53,885 nucleotides of DNA, filler included, from an uncultured virus (IMG/VR IMGVR_UViG_2049941000_000426) (4 parts of one record of this genome joined end to end with filler, not necessarily neighbours in it); one strand, 5' to 3'. Shown: positions 1 through 10,798, counted from the whole stretch's first letter. Notes: generated from the letters alone by a model not told the origin. Numbers and translations are program-made.

Positions 1-91
1 CTTCTGATTACGAAGATCAACCGGAACAAGCTGTTTGGCCTCGCCGCCGAGGAGCTGGTAGTTGATCGCGAATGGCGCCACNNNNNNNNNN

Positions 92-384
92 ACTTGTTCC
101 GGTCGACCTGCGGAACCAGAAAGTCCAGGACCTCTTGCAGGCCATGAACATCCTCGACTTCTCCCAGATGCAGGGGCAGGGCGGTCCGCCCCCTAACCTC
201 CGCTTCTTCGAAAAGGTGTGGGGTATCCATATCAACACTCTCAACCGCTGGGGCCAGTGGCTATGCGACGCGAGGACGAAGATCATCAAGTCAACCCCGG
301 TCAACTTCAGCCTTGTGAAATCCTCCATCTACGAGAACGACATGTCCCTCGAATACAAGACAAAGCTTGGCATGGGCGGCGTCA
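92..384 (+). CDS. Mis-oriented fragment of the same putative portal gene
   Basis: Starts LVPVDLRNQK, the same peptide encoded on the minus strand at 1-30 with synonymous differences; bounded by N gaps. Confidence 0.5.
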
Positions 385-483
385 NNNNNNNNNNNNNNNN
401 NNNNNNNNNNNNNNNNNNNNNNNNNNNNNNNNNNNNNNNNNNNNNNNNNNNNNNNNNNNNNNNNNNNNNNNNNNNNNNNNNNC

Positions 484-1328
484 TGGATGTAGGAGGGGTT
501 CGCCCGGTGCCTGGAGATCATCAGCTCCATCTGCTGGCGGAAGGAGCCCATGTTGACGGTCCTCAGGGGGTCGTCGGAGGGCTGGCTGTTGCCCTGAGGG
601 GAGGGGCTGATGACCGGGAAGGGGACGACATGGTCCGCGATGATGCTCTCGTCAAATTTGTCGAGAAGCATGATCTGGACACATTTCGGGAAGCAGTTCA
701 TGAAGAGCGGCATGCCCCATCCCTTCAGCAGATCCTCGCGGGTGGAGGGGCTGGGAGTCTTCGCATGGAAGAAGAAATCCTTCTTCATGTGGATGCGCAT
801 GCCGCGTTGCATGGCTGTAAGAATAACCGTCGGTGTTTCGGCGACGAAGTGGGGGTCGCCCTGGCTCCACGCCTCCTTCCATATCTCGGAAGGCGCGACG
901 TAGTATTCAGACTCCTTGGTCGTCGGGCAGTAGGCGATGCCGACAAGACGGGGGTTCCAGAACTGGACCTTCAACGGCTTGGAGGCGTCGATGACCTCGA
1001 AATGCCTGAAGCCCACGTTCTGCCCGCAGACCGGGCAGTCCCCGAAAAAGACGGGGTTGTCCGGGTTGTCGTCGGCCCTGAAAGCCAGATGGGACACCTG
1101 AAGGGCGTCCACCGTCGCATGGCAGTTCGGGCAGTAGAGCTTCCGCCTCACCACCGGCTCTATGGAGGTGAAGCAGTTGCCCCATTGGATGAACTCGTCG
1201 CCAACCCTTCCGAGAAGGTCCATGATGTCATAGTCCCGGAAGAGCTCCGTCGTGATCTTTCGTCTTTCATCCCCGTTGTTCGAGTCGTTCCTGGCCTCGA
1301 TGTCGATATCCCCGAGGAAATAGCGGAC
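484..1328 (-). CDS. Probable portal protein of a jumbo phage (middle fragment), with a CxxC...CxxC zinc-ribbon insertion
   Basis: Open frame VRYFLGDI...GDEFIQWGNCFTSIEP..RKLYCPNC...CPVC...FWNPRLV...RANPSYIQ. It appears to continue at 81->1 (VAPFAINYQLLGGEAKQLVPVDLRNQK) and then in the inverted piece 92-384 (+). The portal call is recalled resemblance only. Confidence 0.45.
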
Positions 1329-1492
1329 NNNNNNNNNNCACTTCCGTGCCGTTGCGGATAAAGGTTCCCCGTTCGGTCAGATAGGGGATGTTCATGACCG
1401 CACGTTTGGACGACTTGGATACGACATTGCCAGTCGCCTTGTCCCGCAGCACCCATGCACCCCGCATCTTCCAGACAAGGGANNNNNNNNNN

Positions 1493-1825
1493 GACCTCCG
1501 TTCCGTTGCGGATGAAGGTGCCCCGTTCCGTCAGATAGGGGATGTTCATGACCGCCCGCTTTGATGACTTGGAGACGACATTGCCGGTCGCCTTGTCCCG
1601 CAGCACCCATGCACCCCGCATCTTCCAGACAAGGGACTGGTCGTTCTGGACGGCCTTCTTCTGGTCCTTGATGGAAAACTCCTTCGGGTTCTCATAGTCG
1701 ATGTCCTCAAGGGAAAGACTGTATCGACTGTTCTCGATCGGAAAACGGTTCCGGACAGCGTTCAGGGAGTCCTCGAAAATACGCTGGCGGGTCGCCTTGA
1801 AATCACCGGGCGAGTACAAGGTTGT
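1493..1825 (-). CDS. Phage DNA-directed RNA polymerase beta-subunit-like protein, N-terminal fragment (variant duplicate at 1339-1482)
   Basis: MNIPYLTERGTFIRNGTE matches the RpoB motif IPxMTxxGTFIINGxE; the flanks are highly divergent from cellular RpoB. Confidence 0.75.
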
Positions 1826-1835
1826 NNNNNNNNNN

Positions 1836-2829
1836 AGGGCCTTCTGGAGGTTCTTGTCGTTGCCGCGGGCATTGTTCCAACCGTACAGACCGCCGCCAAG
1901 GAACGCCGCCACACCACCCATCGTCAAGGCCGGAATGATACCCCTGCTCTCGGCAAGAGTCAATAGCATCTTGGCGATCGTCGGATTGTTGGCGTACTGC
2001 TTCTTAAGAGCCTCGATCTGCACGGCCTCGGAGGTGCGGAGGGGGATCTGTTCAACGGGATCCTTGGCCTGCTTGACCGGCTGGTCCCCGAACAGGAGCT
2101 TCTTCGCCCCCGCGACGGCCCTGTCCTTCGCCTCAATGCCCTTGTCGATCGCGTAGTCGACAGGATTCTGGATACGGTCCTGAACGACCATTTCAGGAAG
2201 TCTTGCCTTCGGGTTGAGCTTCTTGGCCAGCGTCCGGTTGTAATCGGAGCGGGCTTTCGCGAGACGCGCCTTGGAATCGGAGAGATCGGTTCCCTCAATC
2301 TCCTTCTCGGCGAGTTTCTGACCGACCAGCCACGCCATGACGGCGGCGGCAGGCGGAAGGGCGTAACTGAAGGAATTGACCGTGTCCGTGCCCTGCTTGA
2401 AGGAGAACACCCGTTTCAGGGCTTCCTTCGCCTTGTCCTTGTTCGACTTGTACTCGCTCTTCTTCACCAGGCGGGACGTGTCGAGAGCCGCCGGGTCCTC
2501 TCCCTGCGGGATGTACTTGTCGATGGCCTTGAGGGCGTCCTGGGTCTCGGGGGCTACGCCACGGAGGAACTTGCGTGAGCCATAGCCGAGGGTGGAGAGA
2601 AGACCCGCGTAGACGAGGGCCTGGAAAGTCTTGGTCGCCCAAGGCTGCCGGTCGACGCTTCTGCCCGCGATGAGACGACGCCACCAGTCGGGGGCGTACA
2701 GTTCGTTCGGGTCCTTGTATAGGNNNNNNNNNNNNNNNNNNNNNNNNNNNNNNNNNNNNNNNNNNNNNNNNNNNNNNNNNNNNNNNNNNNNNNNNNNNNN
2801 NGGTTCGTGTATTCGTAGTCTCTGGCCAT
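1836..2829 (-). CDS. Hypothetical virion-associated protein with hydrophobic Gly/Ala-rich helices (gapped, 3' truncated)
   Basis: MARDYEYTN start; frame open from 2723 to 1836; segments such as LTMGGVAAFLGGGLYGW. Confidence 0.6.
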
Positions 2830-2839
2830 ATTCTCAATC

Positions 2840-3250
2840 CTATCTGGCGACTAAAACAAAATGCTGGACTTCGACAAGGACCTTCCAGGACTTCTTGTCC
2901 TCGATGTAGACCCTGTCCTGGAAGACGACCCGCGAATATTTGTCCGTTCCCACTTCGGACATGAGGGACTGGTACTCCTTCACGTCCTCCTCCTTCCACA
3001 GGTCGAACTGCTTGACCTCGTAGGTGGCGCCGGGGTAGCGGTCCTTGAACTCCTTGTCCTCCCGCTTGACGAGCTTGCCCTTCTGCTTGCTGTCCTTCGG
3101 TGTGTAGATCGGGACATCGATGTCCTCAGGGGACGGTTTCGGGGTGTCGTCCTCCTGGACGGGCGGTTCCTCCTGGAAGGTGTCCATCACCTTCGTAAGG
3201 TCCATGTCGGTCGTGGAAAGGCCCGGAAGATCTGGCTGGCGTTCGCTCAT
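2840..3250 (-). CDS. Hypothetical protein, 136 aa
   Basis: Intact ORF coupled to the upstream stop. Confidence 0.75.
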   Translation of the reverse strand: MSERQPDLPGLSTTDMDLTKVMDTFQEEPPVQEDDTPKPSPEDIDVPIYTPKDSKQKGKLVKREDKEFKDRYPGATYEVKQFDLWKEEDVKEYQSLMSEVGTDKYSRVVFQDRVYIEDKKSWKVLVEVQHFVLVAR

Positions 3251-3845
3251 CAGTACGCTTCCTCCGCGTCGAACATGCTTCTACGGGTCATCATGTCCTT
3301 GTTGCGGGCCTGCGGCGTAACGGAGGGCATTCCTTCCAACGCCTTCGTCCGTCGCATGGTCTCCTTGGCGAGAGCGTTGTTCTCGGCGGCCTCGATATCG
3401 GCCTTGCTGGGCGACGCGCTGGTGGCCAGGGAGTGGCCCATGGCGTAGCCAGCGAATGCGGGGATGGCGAGGTNNNNNNNNNNNNNNNNNNNNNNNNNNN
3501 NNNNNNNNNNNNNNNNNNNNNNNNNNNNNNNNNNNNNNNNNNNNNNNNNNNNNNNNNNNNNNNNNNNNNNNNNNNNNNNNNNNNNNNNNNNNNNNNNNNN
3601 NNNNNNNNNNNNNNNNNNNNNNNNNNNNNNNNNNNNNNNNNNNNNNNNNNNNNNNNNNNNNCGTATGCGGCCCCCGCCTTCGCCACGGACTTCAGGGCGC
3701 CTATTCCGGCGCCTGTCCCGCGTCCGGCTAGGTCGAGAGCCCCGAGGACACCGATCGTCCCGGACAGGGCGGCCTCCTTCTTCGCGTATTTCTTCTGGGC
3801 GGCCGCTGCCAGCATTCCCATGTATTCGTGTCTAACGTCGATCAT
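3250..3845 (-). CDS. Hypothetical protein with Gly/Ala-rich hydrophobic segments (spans gap)
   Basis: MIDVRHEY...GAAY[gap]LAIPAFAGYAMGHS...EEAY*. Confidence 0.6.
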
Positions 3846-3899
3846 GTCTGTTCCTGTAAGGGTAAAGGGATGTAGTTCGTCACATCCCTTAATATCGCA

Positions 3900-4265
3900 C
3901 TAGAGCTGTCCCTGGCGGGCGAGCACCTTGCCCTGCTGGCCGGCCTGCTCCTCCAGCTGCTTGAGCTGCGTGGAGACGAAGGAGTGGAGCATCGGGTTGG
4001 TCTTGGAGAGGTTGATGAGCTGGCTCTTCCGTTCCGACTCCTGCATGGTGAGAAGCTGCTGGGCCATCTGCGCGGCCTGATCCCACAAGCCGTTTATGTC
4101 AGCCGCACTGGTTCCGGGCACAGACGGAGGCGGGGCTCCCATTCCACCGGACATCGGGGCAGGACCGCCGCCTGCGGGTGCACCGCCCTGCTGGGCGGCC
4201 ATGAGCTGCTGCGTTCCGGGCTGCGGTGAGTACATGCTGGCTTCCAGTTCGTCCGCCTTCGCCAT
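3900..4265 (-). CDS. Gln/Ala/Pro-rich C-terminal fragment, probably the tail of the putative portal gene
   Basis: Begins at a gap edge; low-complexity linker followed by the helical AQQLLTMQESERKSQLINLSKTNPMLH. Confidence 0.4.
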   Translation of the reverse strand: MAKADELEASMYSPQPGTQQLMAAQQGGAPAGGGPAPMSGGMGAPPPSVPGTSAADINGLWDQAAQMAQQLLTMQESERKSQLINLSKTNPMLHSFVSTQLKQLEEQAGQQGKVLARQGQL

Positions 4266-4275
4266 NNNNNNNNNN

Positions 4276-4416
4276 GGCCCCTTTCAGGGCGTTCGTATAA
4301 GTATCGAAGTGGTACCACAGCCAGTCCGCCCAGTCCAGCATCTCGCCGACTGTCTTCGGCGTCAGCTTCCTGGAGATCGTTTCGATGAGGTCGTGTTTGG
4401 ATACGTAGTCGATCAT
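4276..4416 (-). CDS. Hypothetical protein, N-terminal fragment
   Basis: MIDYVSKHDL...; truncated by a gap. Confidence 0.45.
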
Positions 4417-4431
4417 GGGGAGAAAGGAATG

Positions 4432-5496
4432 TTATTTCGTGACCATCACCGTGAAGACGGCCCCGTTGAACCGGAAGGATATCCCGGAGAACTCGAGGTC
4501 GGCGTCCACGGCGTCGATCCGGTAGGTGGTATGGTTCGCCTCGAAGGAGACAAGCAGCGAGGCGTCCTCCTTCTGGATGATGACAATGTAGCCAACGTTC
4601 TGGACGATATCCAGAACGGGGAAGCGGTAGCGCCCGATAGGGCAGGAAAGGGTGACCGTCCGTTCCTGCATGGCGGGGGCCTTCTGGGCCTGCGGGTTCA
4701 TGAACGGGAGGTTCAGGGGCTGCGGGGCCGGCTGCGGATAGGACGGGGGCAGAGGGCAGGGGTTGATCGGAGGAGCCATGACCTGTTGCTGAGGCTGCAT
4801 CCATGCGGACCGCTGTTCGCTCGCGGCCTTCATGGCCTCCGTGGCGCTCCTGTACGCCTCGAACTGGCCCATGGGCTGCGGCAGGGGGTCGGAGACCGGG
4901 TACTGCTCGACGACCTTCTTCACCTCCGCCTCTATGTCGGGGCGCTTCGGCGGTTCGTCGACCGACGGGACGTTCTGTTCGACAGCCTTCTTCTTGTAGG
5001 CGTTCTCCATGAGCATCGGGCGGATGGCGTCCTTGTCTATGTTCTTGTCGAGACAGGCGAGGGCGTATTGCTCCTCCTCCGACATGTTCTTGCACTCCCG
5101 GCGGATGATGTTCGCCAAAGTCTGCTCGCGGGAGGGGGCATANNNNNNNNNNGATGTTCTTGTCAAGACAGGCGAGGGCGTACTGCTCCTCCTCCGACAT
5201 GTTCTTGCACTCCCGGCGGATGATGTTCGCCAAGGTCTGTTCGCGGGACGGGGCATAGGGAAGGATGTCCAGGAGGCGTCTGTTCTCGGAATCGAGAAGC
5301 AGGTCGAGCCGGTTGTTCTCCCAGCCGACATGCTGTCCTTCCCTGTTCTTCACCTCGGCGGTCCCTTCCTTCAGGGCNNNNNNNNNNCGACGACCGCGAC
5401 GAACATCGATGGATTCTTCGCTCCACGTGCGGCGTTCATGCGGCGTGTCTCTTCCTTCATCCTCTCTGCGAAATGGTCTTCTGTCTCCTGGGTCAT
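4432..5496 (-). CDS. Hypothetical protein with a Pro/Gln-rich linker (gapped, internal variant duplicate)
   Basis: Joined from MTQETEDHF..., ...LLDILPYAPSREQ... and ...TVMVTK*. Confidence 0.55.
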
Positions 5497-5521
5497 CTTG
5501 TCATCTTCCTTTCTTGTTGTT

Positions 5522-6244
5522 CTAACCGAGGTCGCCAAGGGCATTGTAGAACTCGCTGCCTTTTAACGAGTCTGCCACAGCGCCTATTCCGGCGGCCCAT
5601 TTCCTGCTCGTCGGGGAAAGCCCGAGCAATGCCTCGAACGCGCTTCCGATCAAAGCGCCCTCGACCGCCCTTGTCGTATGGCCGAGGATGCTGTTCGTAT
5701 ATGTGTCGACGGCCTGTCCGAAGCCGTCGCCAAGACCCCATAAGGTAGTGCTGGAGGTGCCGGGCGCAAACTTGATGCCCGCATTCAGGAAGCCTTTCTG
5801 GGCGTTTGTCGCGGGGAGCTCGTCCACACCCTGCATCAGCACGCCCTTGCTCATCGGATCGCTGAATGGATCCGACCAGTCGGACGCCGTCAAATTGGCG
5901 AGATCCTTCGGTGTAGCGCCCCATGTGTTGCTGCCGGGTTCTCCGAGAAGAAGATTCCCGAACTCCTTTCCATTGGCGGGGCGTCTTCCGTCAAGGCTGT
6001 TCTTTGTCAGCCAGTAGGAGCCATAGCCGAGAAGAGGCGACAGGACACCGGAAACGATAGCGGCACGCATGCCGGGCTTGTCGGCGCGATTCCTTGTCGC
6101 GACGCGTTTCGACAGCCAATAGAACAGAGGGAACGCCGTGAGAGCCGTGGCGGCGCCCATGCGTTTGGGGCCGCCGATGAACTCTACGGCGGGTCGGAGG
6201 ATGTCCTCCCGTGGTCTTATGTCTTTCCAGCTCATATCAGGCAA
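5522..6244 (-). CDS. Hypothetical membrane or virion protein, 240 aa
   Basis: Intact ORF with several hydrophobic segments. Confidence 0.75.
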   Translation of the reverse strand: MPDMSWKDIRPREDILRPAVEFIGGPKRMGAATALTAFPLFYWLSKRVATRNRADKPGMRAAIVSGVLSPLLGYGSYWLTKNSLDGRRPANGKEFGNLLLGEPGSNTWGATPKDLANLTASDWSDPFSDPMSKGVLMQGVDELPATNAQKGFLNAGIKFAPGTSSTTLWGLGDGFGQAVDTYTNSILGHTTRAVEGALIGSAFEALLGLSPTSRKWAAGIGAVADSLKGSEFYNALGDLG

Positions 6245-7251
6245 GTCCTGGCATCATCGGTTGAAGGGGTTGAGGGGGCTGTGGCGGCTTCGAAGGGTCC
6301 TGCTGGGCCACCATTCCGGTATACCAGCCCGTCGGAAGGTTCTGTCTAGGGGAGTTGTTCTGGGCGAATGGCCATCCGCCCTGCTGCTGGGGTTGCTGTT
6401 CGTTTCCGCCGCCGAAAGCCGAGGCAAGACCCCCGACAGCCAGAAGGCCGCCGGGGACCATCCACCACCAGTTGTTCCCCATGAATTTCTTGACGCCCTG
6501 CACTTTGTCGTTCCACTGCTGTTTCATCTGGGCGGACACCTGGGGTTGCGCGGTATTGAACACAGACTGCGCACGGGCGACAATATTCATCATCTGGCGA
6601 CCGTGCTCCCTGGTTTTGCTGTCACCGGAGTTCATCTCATACAGTGCGTGCTGATACATGGCATTCAGATCCTGCTGTGTCCGGGTATTGAACTTCTTGA
6701 AACCGTTCATGGCCTGCCACGTGCCTTGCTTGTCGTAAANNNNNNNNNNNNNNNNNNNNNNNNNNNNNNNNNNNNNNNNNNNNNNNAATGCCACGAACAT
6801 TCTTTCCTATCTGATCCTTGACTTGATCCTTTCCCATCGTATACCAAGGCATCGTGGCTTTCATGAAAGCCACGGTCTCCGGTGCGACATCATACTGGGC
6901 CCCGTTTCCCTCCAGCTTGAATCCGTTGTCATCCAGACCAGACAGGGTTTTCGCGAAAGCCTTCCTTCCGAACAAACCAAAATTGGCCGTGTCGTTCATT
7001 ACCCCTCCAGTCCCCATGCCTGTTCGCATCTCAACGGCGTTCGGGTCGAACAAGGCTCCGCTGTTCGTCACAGACGACATCCATCCCGACTGAGTGTGCG
7101 GGGTGTGCATATAATGCCACATGTTCGGGTCGAACATGTTGTTCACATACCGACTAGGGTCTAGTTGACGAAGGGGCTTCCCATCCGGTCCTGTCTTGGG
7201 TCTGTAAAGTTGCTCTTCAAGGTTACCCCACTTAGGACCGAATTGCGTCAT
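6237..7251 (-). CDS. Hypothetical protein with a C-terminal hydrophobic helix and Gln/Pro tail (spans gap)
   Basis: MTQFGPKW...[gap]...WWWMVPGGLLAVGGLASAF...MMPGLA*. Confidence 0.65.
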
Positions 7252-7265
7252 GTAGTCAACAGCCG

Positions 7266-7841
7266 CTACCTTGCTTGAAAAGGGCGGCTCTTCTTACCCT
7301 CCATGAGTTCATGGAGTCTTTCGCTGGCGGTCTTGGGTGCTGGCTTGGCGATATGGGCGGCGTTGGCGAACTGACCGTTAGCCCGACGTTCATCCATGCG
7401 TTTCCGGATGCGGCTGATGATATTCACATCGGATGCCGTAAGATTCGCCATGCCCTGACGGGGCTGTTGTTCAGCCTGCATGGCGCTTTCCGGCTGGGGC
7501 TGGACGTAGGGCTGCGGGGGTTGCTGGGCCTGCTGGAGCTGCTGAAGGCTCTTGTCGTATTCGTTCTGGGCTTTCGCGAGATTGGTCTGGGCCTTCATTC
7601 GGTCCGTCTCGGCGCGAAGCTGTCCCGCCTGACGGTCGAGGGAGGCCGTCTCAGTTTCTGGGACGTTGAGCGGCTTCTGCGTCAGGGCGTGACGGGCGGC
7701 CTCACGAAGGGAAGGACCTTGCGGGACAGCCTCCGGGGGAATTTCCATCGTGCCGGGGGTGTTTGCTAGGATCTGCTCTCCCGCTTCCTTCGACACCGAG
7801 ATGTATTCGTCTTTCCAAAGACCTGCTTTTCTTATGATCAT
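7266..7841 (-). CDS. Hypothetical coiled-coil, Gln-rich protein, 191 aa
   Basis: Intact ORF. Confidence 0.7.
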   Translation of the reverse strand: MIIRKAGLWKDEYISVSKEAGEQILANTPGTMEIPPEAVPQGPSLREAARHALTQKPLNVPETETASLDRQAGQLRAETDRMKAQTNLAKAQNEYDKSLQQLQQAQQPPQPYVQPQPESAMQAEQQPRQGMANLTASDVNIISRIRKRMDERRANGQFANAAHIAKPAPKTASERLHELMEGKKSRPFQAR

Positions 7842-7907
7842 GGTGAGAATCCTGCTGTTTTTCTGTTGGTCAGTATTGATTTTAAGATAATGTACGTTCT
7901 GATGGCT

Positions 7908-7953
7908 AAGAAAAAGACAGGGACAGTCCCCTTCCGGGGAAGGCCCTGTCTTT
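7908..7953 (-). terminator. Rho-independent terminator
   Basis: AGACAGGG...CCCTGTCT stem followed by a T-tract on the minus strand, just after the 7959 stop. Confidence 0.6.
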
Positions 7954-7958
7954 ATCGG

Positions 7959-8462
7959 TCAACGATGCGGCCAGTAGGCCGGATCGTTGACTTTCTTCAT
8001 TCTATCGTTGTGCGCCAGCCAGCAGGCGCACCACCTGTAGTCGGTAAGCTGTTGCCACGTGGCAAGCTTACCGGTGTAAGGATCCTCGGCGTCCGTTGGG
8101 ACGAGGGAACATATGAGAGCTTGCCTGTCTTTCAACTTGGTCAGCATCTCAAGCTCTTTCTCAAGGTCTTTTTGCGAACCAGATGTCGGCCCGTACTTGG
8201 CACCAACACATAGTGTCTTGATTGTGAAGAAAGCACCGATCACAATCAAGGCAATGACACCGATATAGAAATATCGATATCCTCCGGATGCCGAAGAGTC
8301 GAATACCCATGGCCTGCATTCAGCGTACCAGACCAAGGCGACCATCATAAGAACGAAGCCCAAGGTGATGGCCAATCCGAAGGCTTTTCCCTTGTCCACT
8401 AGCATGACAGCTAAAATGGGAACTCCAAAGAGAATAGCCCCGAGTAAAAGCACTGCAAACAT
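7959..8462 (-). CDS. Membrane protein with about 3 TM helices, 167 aa
   Basis: Hydrophobic N-terminal half; AGGAGG RBS upstream. Confidence 0.75.
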   Translation of the reverse strand: MFAVLLLGAILFGVPILAVMLVDKGKAFGLAITLGFVLMMVALVWYAECRPWVFDSSASGGYRYFYIGVIALIVIGAFFTIKTLCVGAKYGPTSGSQKDLEKELEMLTKLKDRQALICSLVPTDAEDPYTGKLATWQQLTDYRWCACWLAHNDRMKKVNDPAYWPHR

Positions 8463-8597
8463 ACGTCCTCCTAAATTTTTCGCCCTTCTATTTGAAGAGA
8501 GAAAAAACGGCTCCGGTCGAAGACAGACTGTCTTCTGTTGGAGCCAGGAGGACGGAAGGGCGATTTAACATCCTTCCAATGTATTATTACGCGGTAA

Positions 8598-9389
8598 TCA
8601 GGGACTTTCAGGCAGGGACAGGAGCCAGTCCCTTATGCTCTCTTTCGTGATGTCCCGCATGTTGATATGGACCGGGGCGTTCCGGTAGAGCCTTCTCCAC
8701 TCGCCGGCTCTGGGGCAGAGCATCAGCGTCCTTCCCGGAAGAAGCGACTGGGCGACATGGTACGCCCCTGAGATCGTCCCGATGAAGGCATGGCATCGTT
8801 CCAGTATCCCCGCCAGCTTGGAGTAGGTCCCGGGGACCTTCCGCAGATCGACCGCCATGGGGCTTCTTCGTTCGAACTTGAATCCGTTGGACACCATCGC
8901 CGTGTCCAAAGGAATGAAGCCGGCCTCGATGATTCCGTCGTTAAGCTCCTTCGCTTCATGGGTCGTCGGGGTGTTCTGACCGGGGCAGGCGATGGACGTG
9001 CAGCCGACACCGACCCAAGGGGAACGGAACCCGCCTATCGCCATGGGGGTGTCTTCTATTGAAAGAGGTATTCCAAGTTCCTGTATGCAGCAAAGGTCAT
9101 TCTTGGTCTGGCCGCAGGAAGCCGTCGCGACATAGTAGTCCAGCCAGAACACAAGGTCGTATTCCATGCCCTCCACATGGTCGTCAAACTCCGGGTAGGA
9201 GTCACGGGGCTTGAAATGGATGACCGTGTCCGGATAACAGCGTCTCAGACGGAACAACGTCGGGCGAAACATGACGACATCGCCAAGACCATGAGGGAAG
9301 GCGATGCAGATTTTCATCCCAGGACGGACAAGGGATGCGAACGTCACGTTCTCCTTCACGGGATGCCGGATTTCCTTTAGGGCGTTCAT
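8598..9389 (-). CDS. GT9-like (heptosyltransferase-fold) glycosyltransferase
   Basis: PHGLGDVVMF and LAGILERCHAFIGTISGAYHVA motifs; ATGA overlap with the upstream stop places the start at 9389. Confidence 0.75.
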   Translation of the reverse strand: MNALKEIRHPVKENVTFASLVRPGMKICIAFPHGLGDVVMFRPTLFRLRRCYPDTVIHFKPRDSYPEFDDHVEGMEYDLVFWLDYYVATASCGQTKNDLCCIQELGIPLSIEDTPMAIGGFRSPWVGVGCTSIACPGQNTPTTHEAKELNDGIIEAGFIPLDTAMVSNGFKFERRSPMAVDLRKVPGTYSKLAGILERCHAFIGTISGAYHVAQSLLPGRTLMLCPRAGEWRRLYRNAPVHINMRDITKESIRDWLLSLPESP

Positions 9390-10798
9390 TCCGCACCCTC
9401 CAGTCCAAGGGCCTTCGCCAACGCCAGCCTGACCTGACGGCCCGATATGGCCTTCGAACATTCATGCTGCCTGTCCGTGTCACGGTGTCTTGGGCAGTAG
9501 TCGTTGTCATAGTGGTCGAACTCCTCTCGTGGGTCGTTCCAGCAGCCATGGCAGACATATTCGTTGATGACACGGTAGGGCGTATGGAACTCCGTGCAGG
9601 GAAGCGTCCATCCAGATATCAGGACGACTTTCGTTCCGGAAGCCCATGCGAGCCATGCCAGCCCGGAGGACACGCCGACAAAAGCCTCCGCTCCTTTCAG
9701 GACGGCCACCCTTTCCCTAAGGTCTATGTCGCCCGTGTCGTCCATCGTCCCGTTGGGGATGTCGGACTCCCCGTGGACAAAGTCACGGTCGATATCGACA
9801 ACGGCGTACCCTTTGTCCTTCAGCCATGAGACGACTGACGCCCATCCATTCGGGTTGCACCACTCCTTGCATCTGGCCGAAGCGTTCGTGGCTATGCAGA
9901 CATACTTTCCCTCCGGAAGATCCATCGACGTTTCAATGGAGCTTGCCCTTGGCGGCATGTCCTCCTCCGGCAGCCCGAGAATATGCCCTGCCGCGTGATG
10001 AAGTCCGCCCATCCGGAAATCGACGGGTTGCCGGTCACATTCGTTGTCGGGCATGAAAATGCCCATGTGGTATACCGCATAGAAAGGGGTCGTCTTCCAT
10101 GCCTCGTCGTCCGCCCACTTGAACTGTGGGTACTCCTTCTCGAAAAGGATCCTTATCCTTTCCTCCATGCAGCATGTAAGATTGCATCCCGTCTTCTCGG
10201 CGAAGCGTTCCGCATAGGAGAACCACGCGATCGTGTCCCCTATCCCGGCGGGGGGATAATGGATGGCGACCTCCTTTCCCTTCAGGTCTAGAGTATGCTC
10301 CATAATCAGCTCCCCGTCCTTCTTGACCGTGAACCGCCACGGAACGAACCATTTCTTCCGTGACGTGACGCTGCCGCCCGGACCGAGGGACACCCGGAAA
10401 TGGGTGAACCATGTCTCGGAGTCCTCCCCGGTGATTTCATACGTCCCTTTCATGGAAGCGGGGATCATCACCCTCAGGCCTTCCCGGAAGTCGAACCGGA
10501 CGCCTGATTTGTCAGTCATGGAGAAGGAGTTGTCGAAGTCCTGCGGGTTGCCGTTGGACGGGTCCCCGTTTCCCGTCCGGCGGTAATTGATGGACGGGGG
10601 AGGAGGAAGGTTCGCGACAAGNNNNNNNNNNNNNNNNNNNNNNNNNNNNNNNNNNNNNNNNNNNNNNNNNNNNNNNNNNNNNNNNNNNNNNNNNNNNNNN
10701 NNNNNNNNNNNNNNNNNNNNNNNNNNNNNNNNNNNNNNNNNNNNNNNNNNNNNNNCTTCTTGTCTTCCATTGCTCTTCCTGTTTATAAACCTTGTCAT
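9386..10798 (-). CDS. Autotransporter strand-loop-strand O-heptosyltransferase (TibC/Aah BAHT family); 5' part gapped
   Basis: RFDFREGLRV, GIGDTIAWFSY, QPVDFR, YVCIAT..S.RCKEWCNPNGW, GVSSGLAWLAW, ISGWT.P.TEF.TPYRVIN..VCHGCWND...CPRH...HECSK.I (metal-binding Cys tetrad). Confidence 0.9.
   Translation of the reverse strand: MTRFINRKSNGRQEXXXXXXXXXXXXXXXXXXXXXXXXXXXXXXXXXXXXXXXXXXXXXLVANLPPPPSINYRRTGNGDPSNGNPQDFDNSFSMTDKSGVRFDFREGLRVMIPASMKGTYEITGEDSETWFTHFRVSLGPGGSVTSRKKWFVPWRFTVKKDGELIMEHTLDLKGKEVAIHYPPAGIGDTIAWFSYAERFAEKTGCNLTCCMEERIRILFEKEYPQFKWADDEAWKTTPFYAVYHMGIFMPDNECDRQPVDFRMGGLHHAAGHILGLPEEDMPPRASSIETSMDLPEGKYVCIATNASARCKEWCNPNGWASVVSWLKDKGYAVVDIDRDFVHGESDIPNGTMDDTGDIDLRERVAVLKGAEAFVGVSSGLAWLAWASGTKVVLISGWTLPCTEFHTPYRVINEYVCHGCWNDPREEFDHYDNDYCPRHRDTDRQHECSKAISGRQVRLALAKALGLEGAE

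Noticed and set aside
1160..2467. 435-aa ORF as a membrane protein-RNAP fusion
   Set aside because: The frame passes through three N gaps that join unrelated pieces
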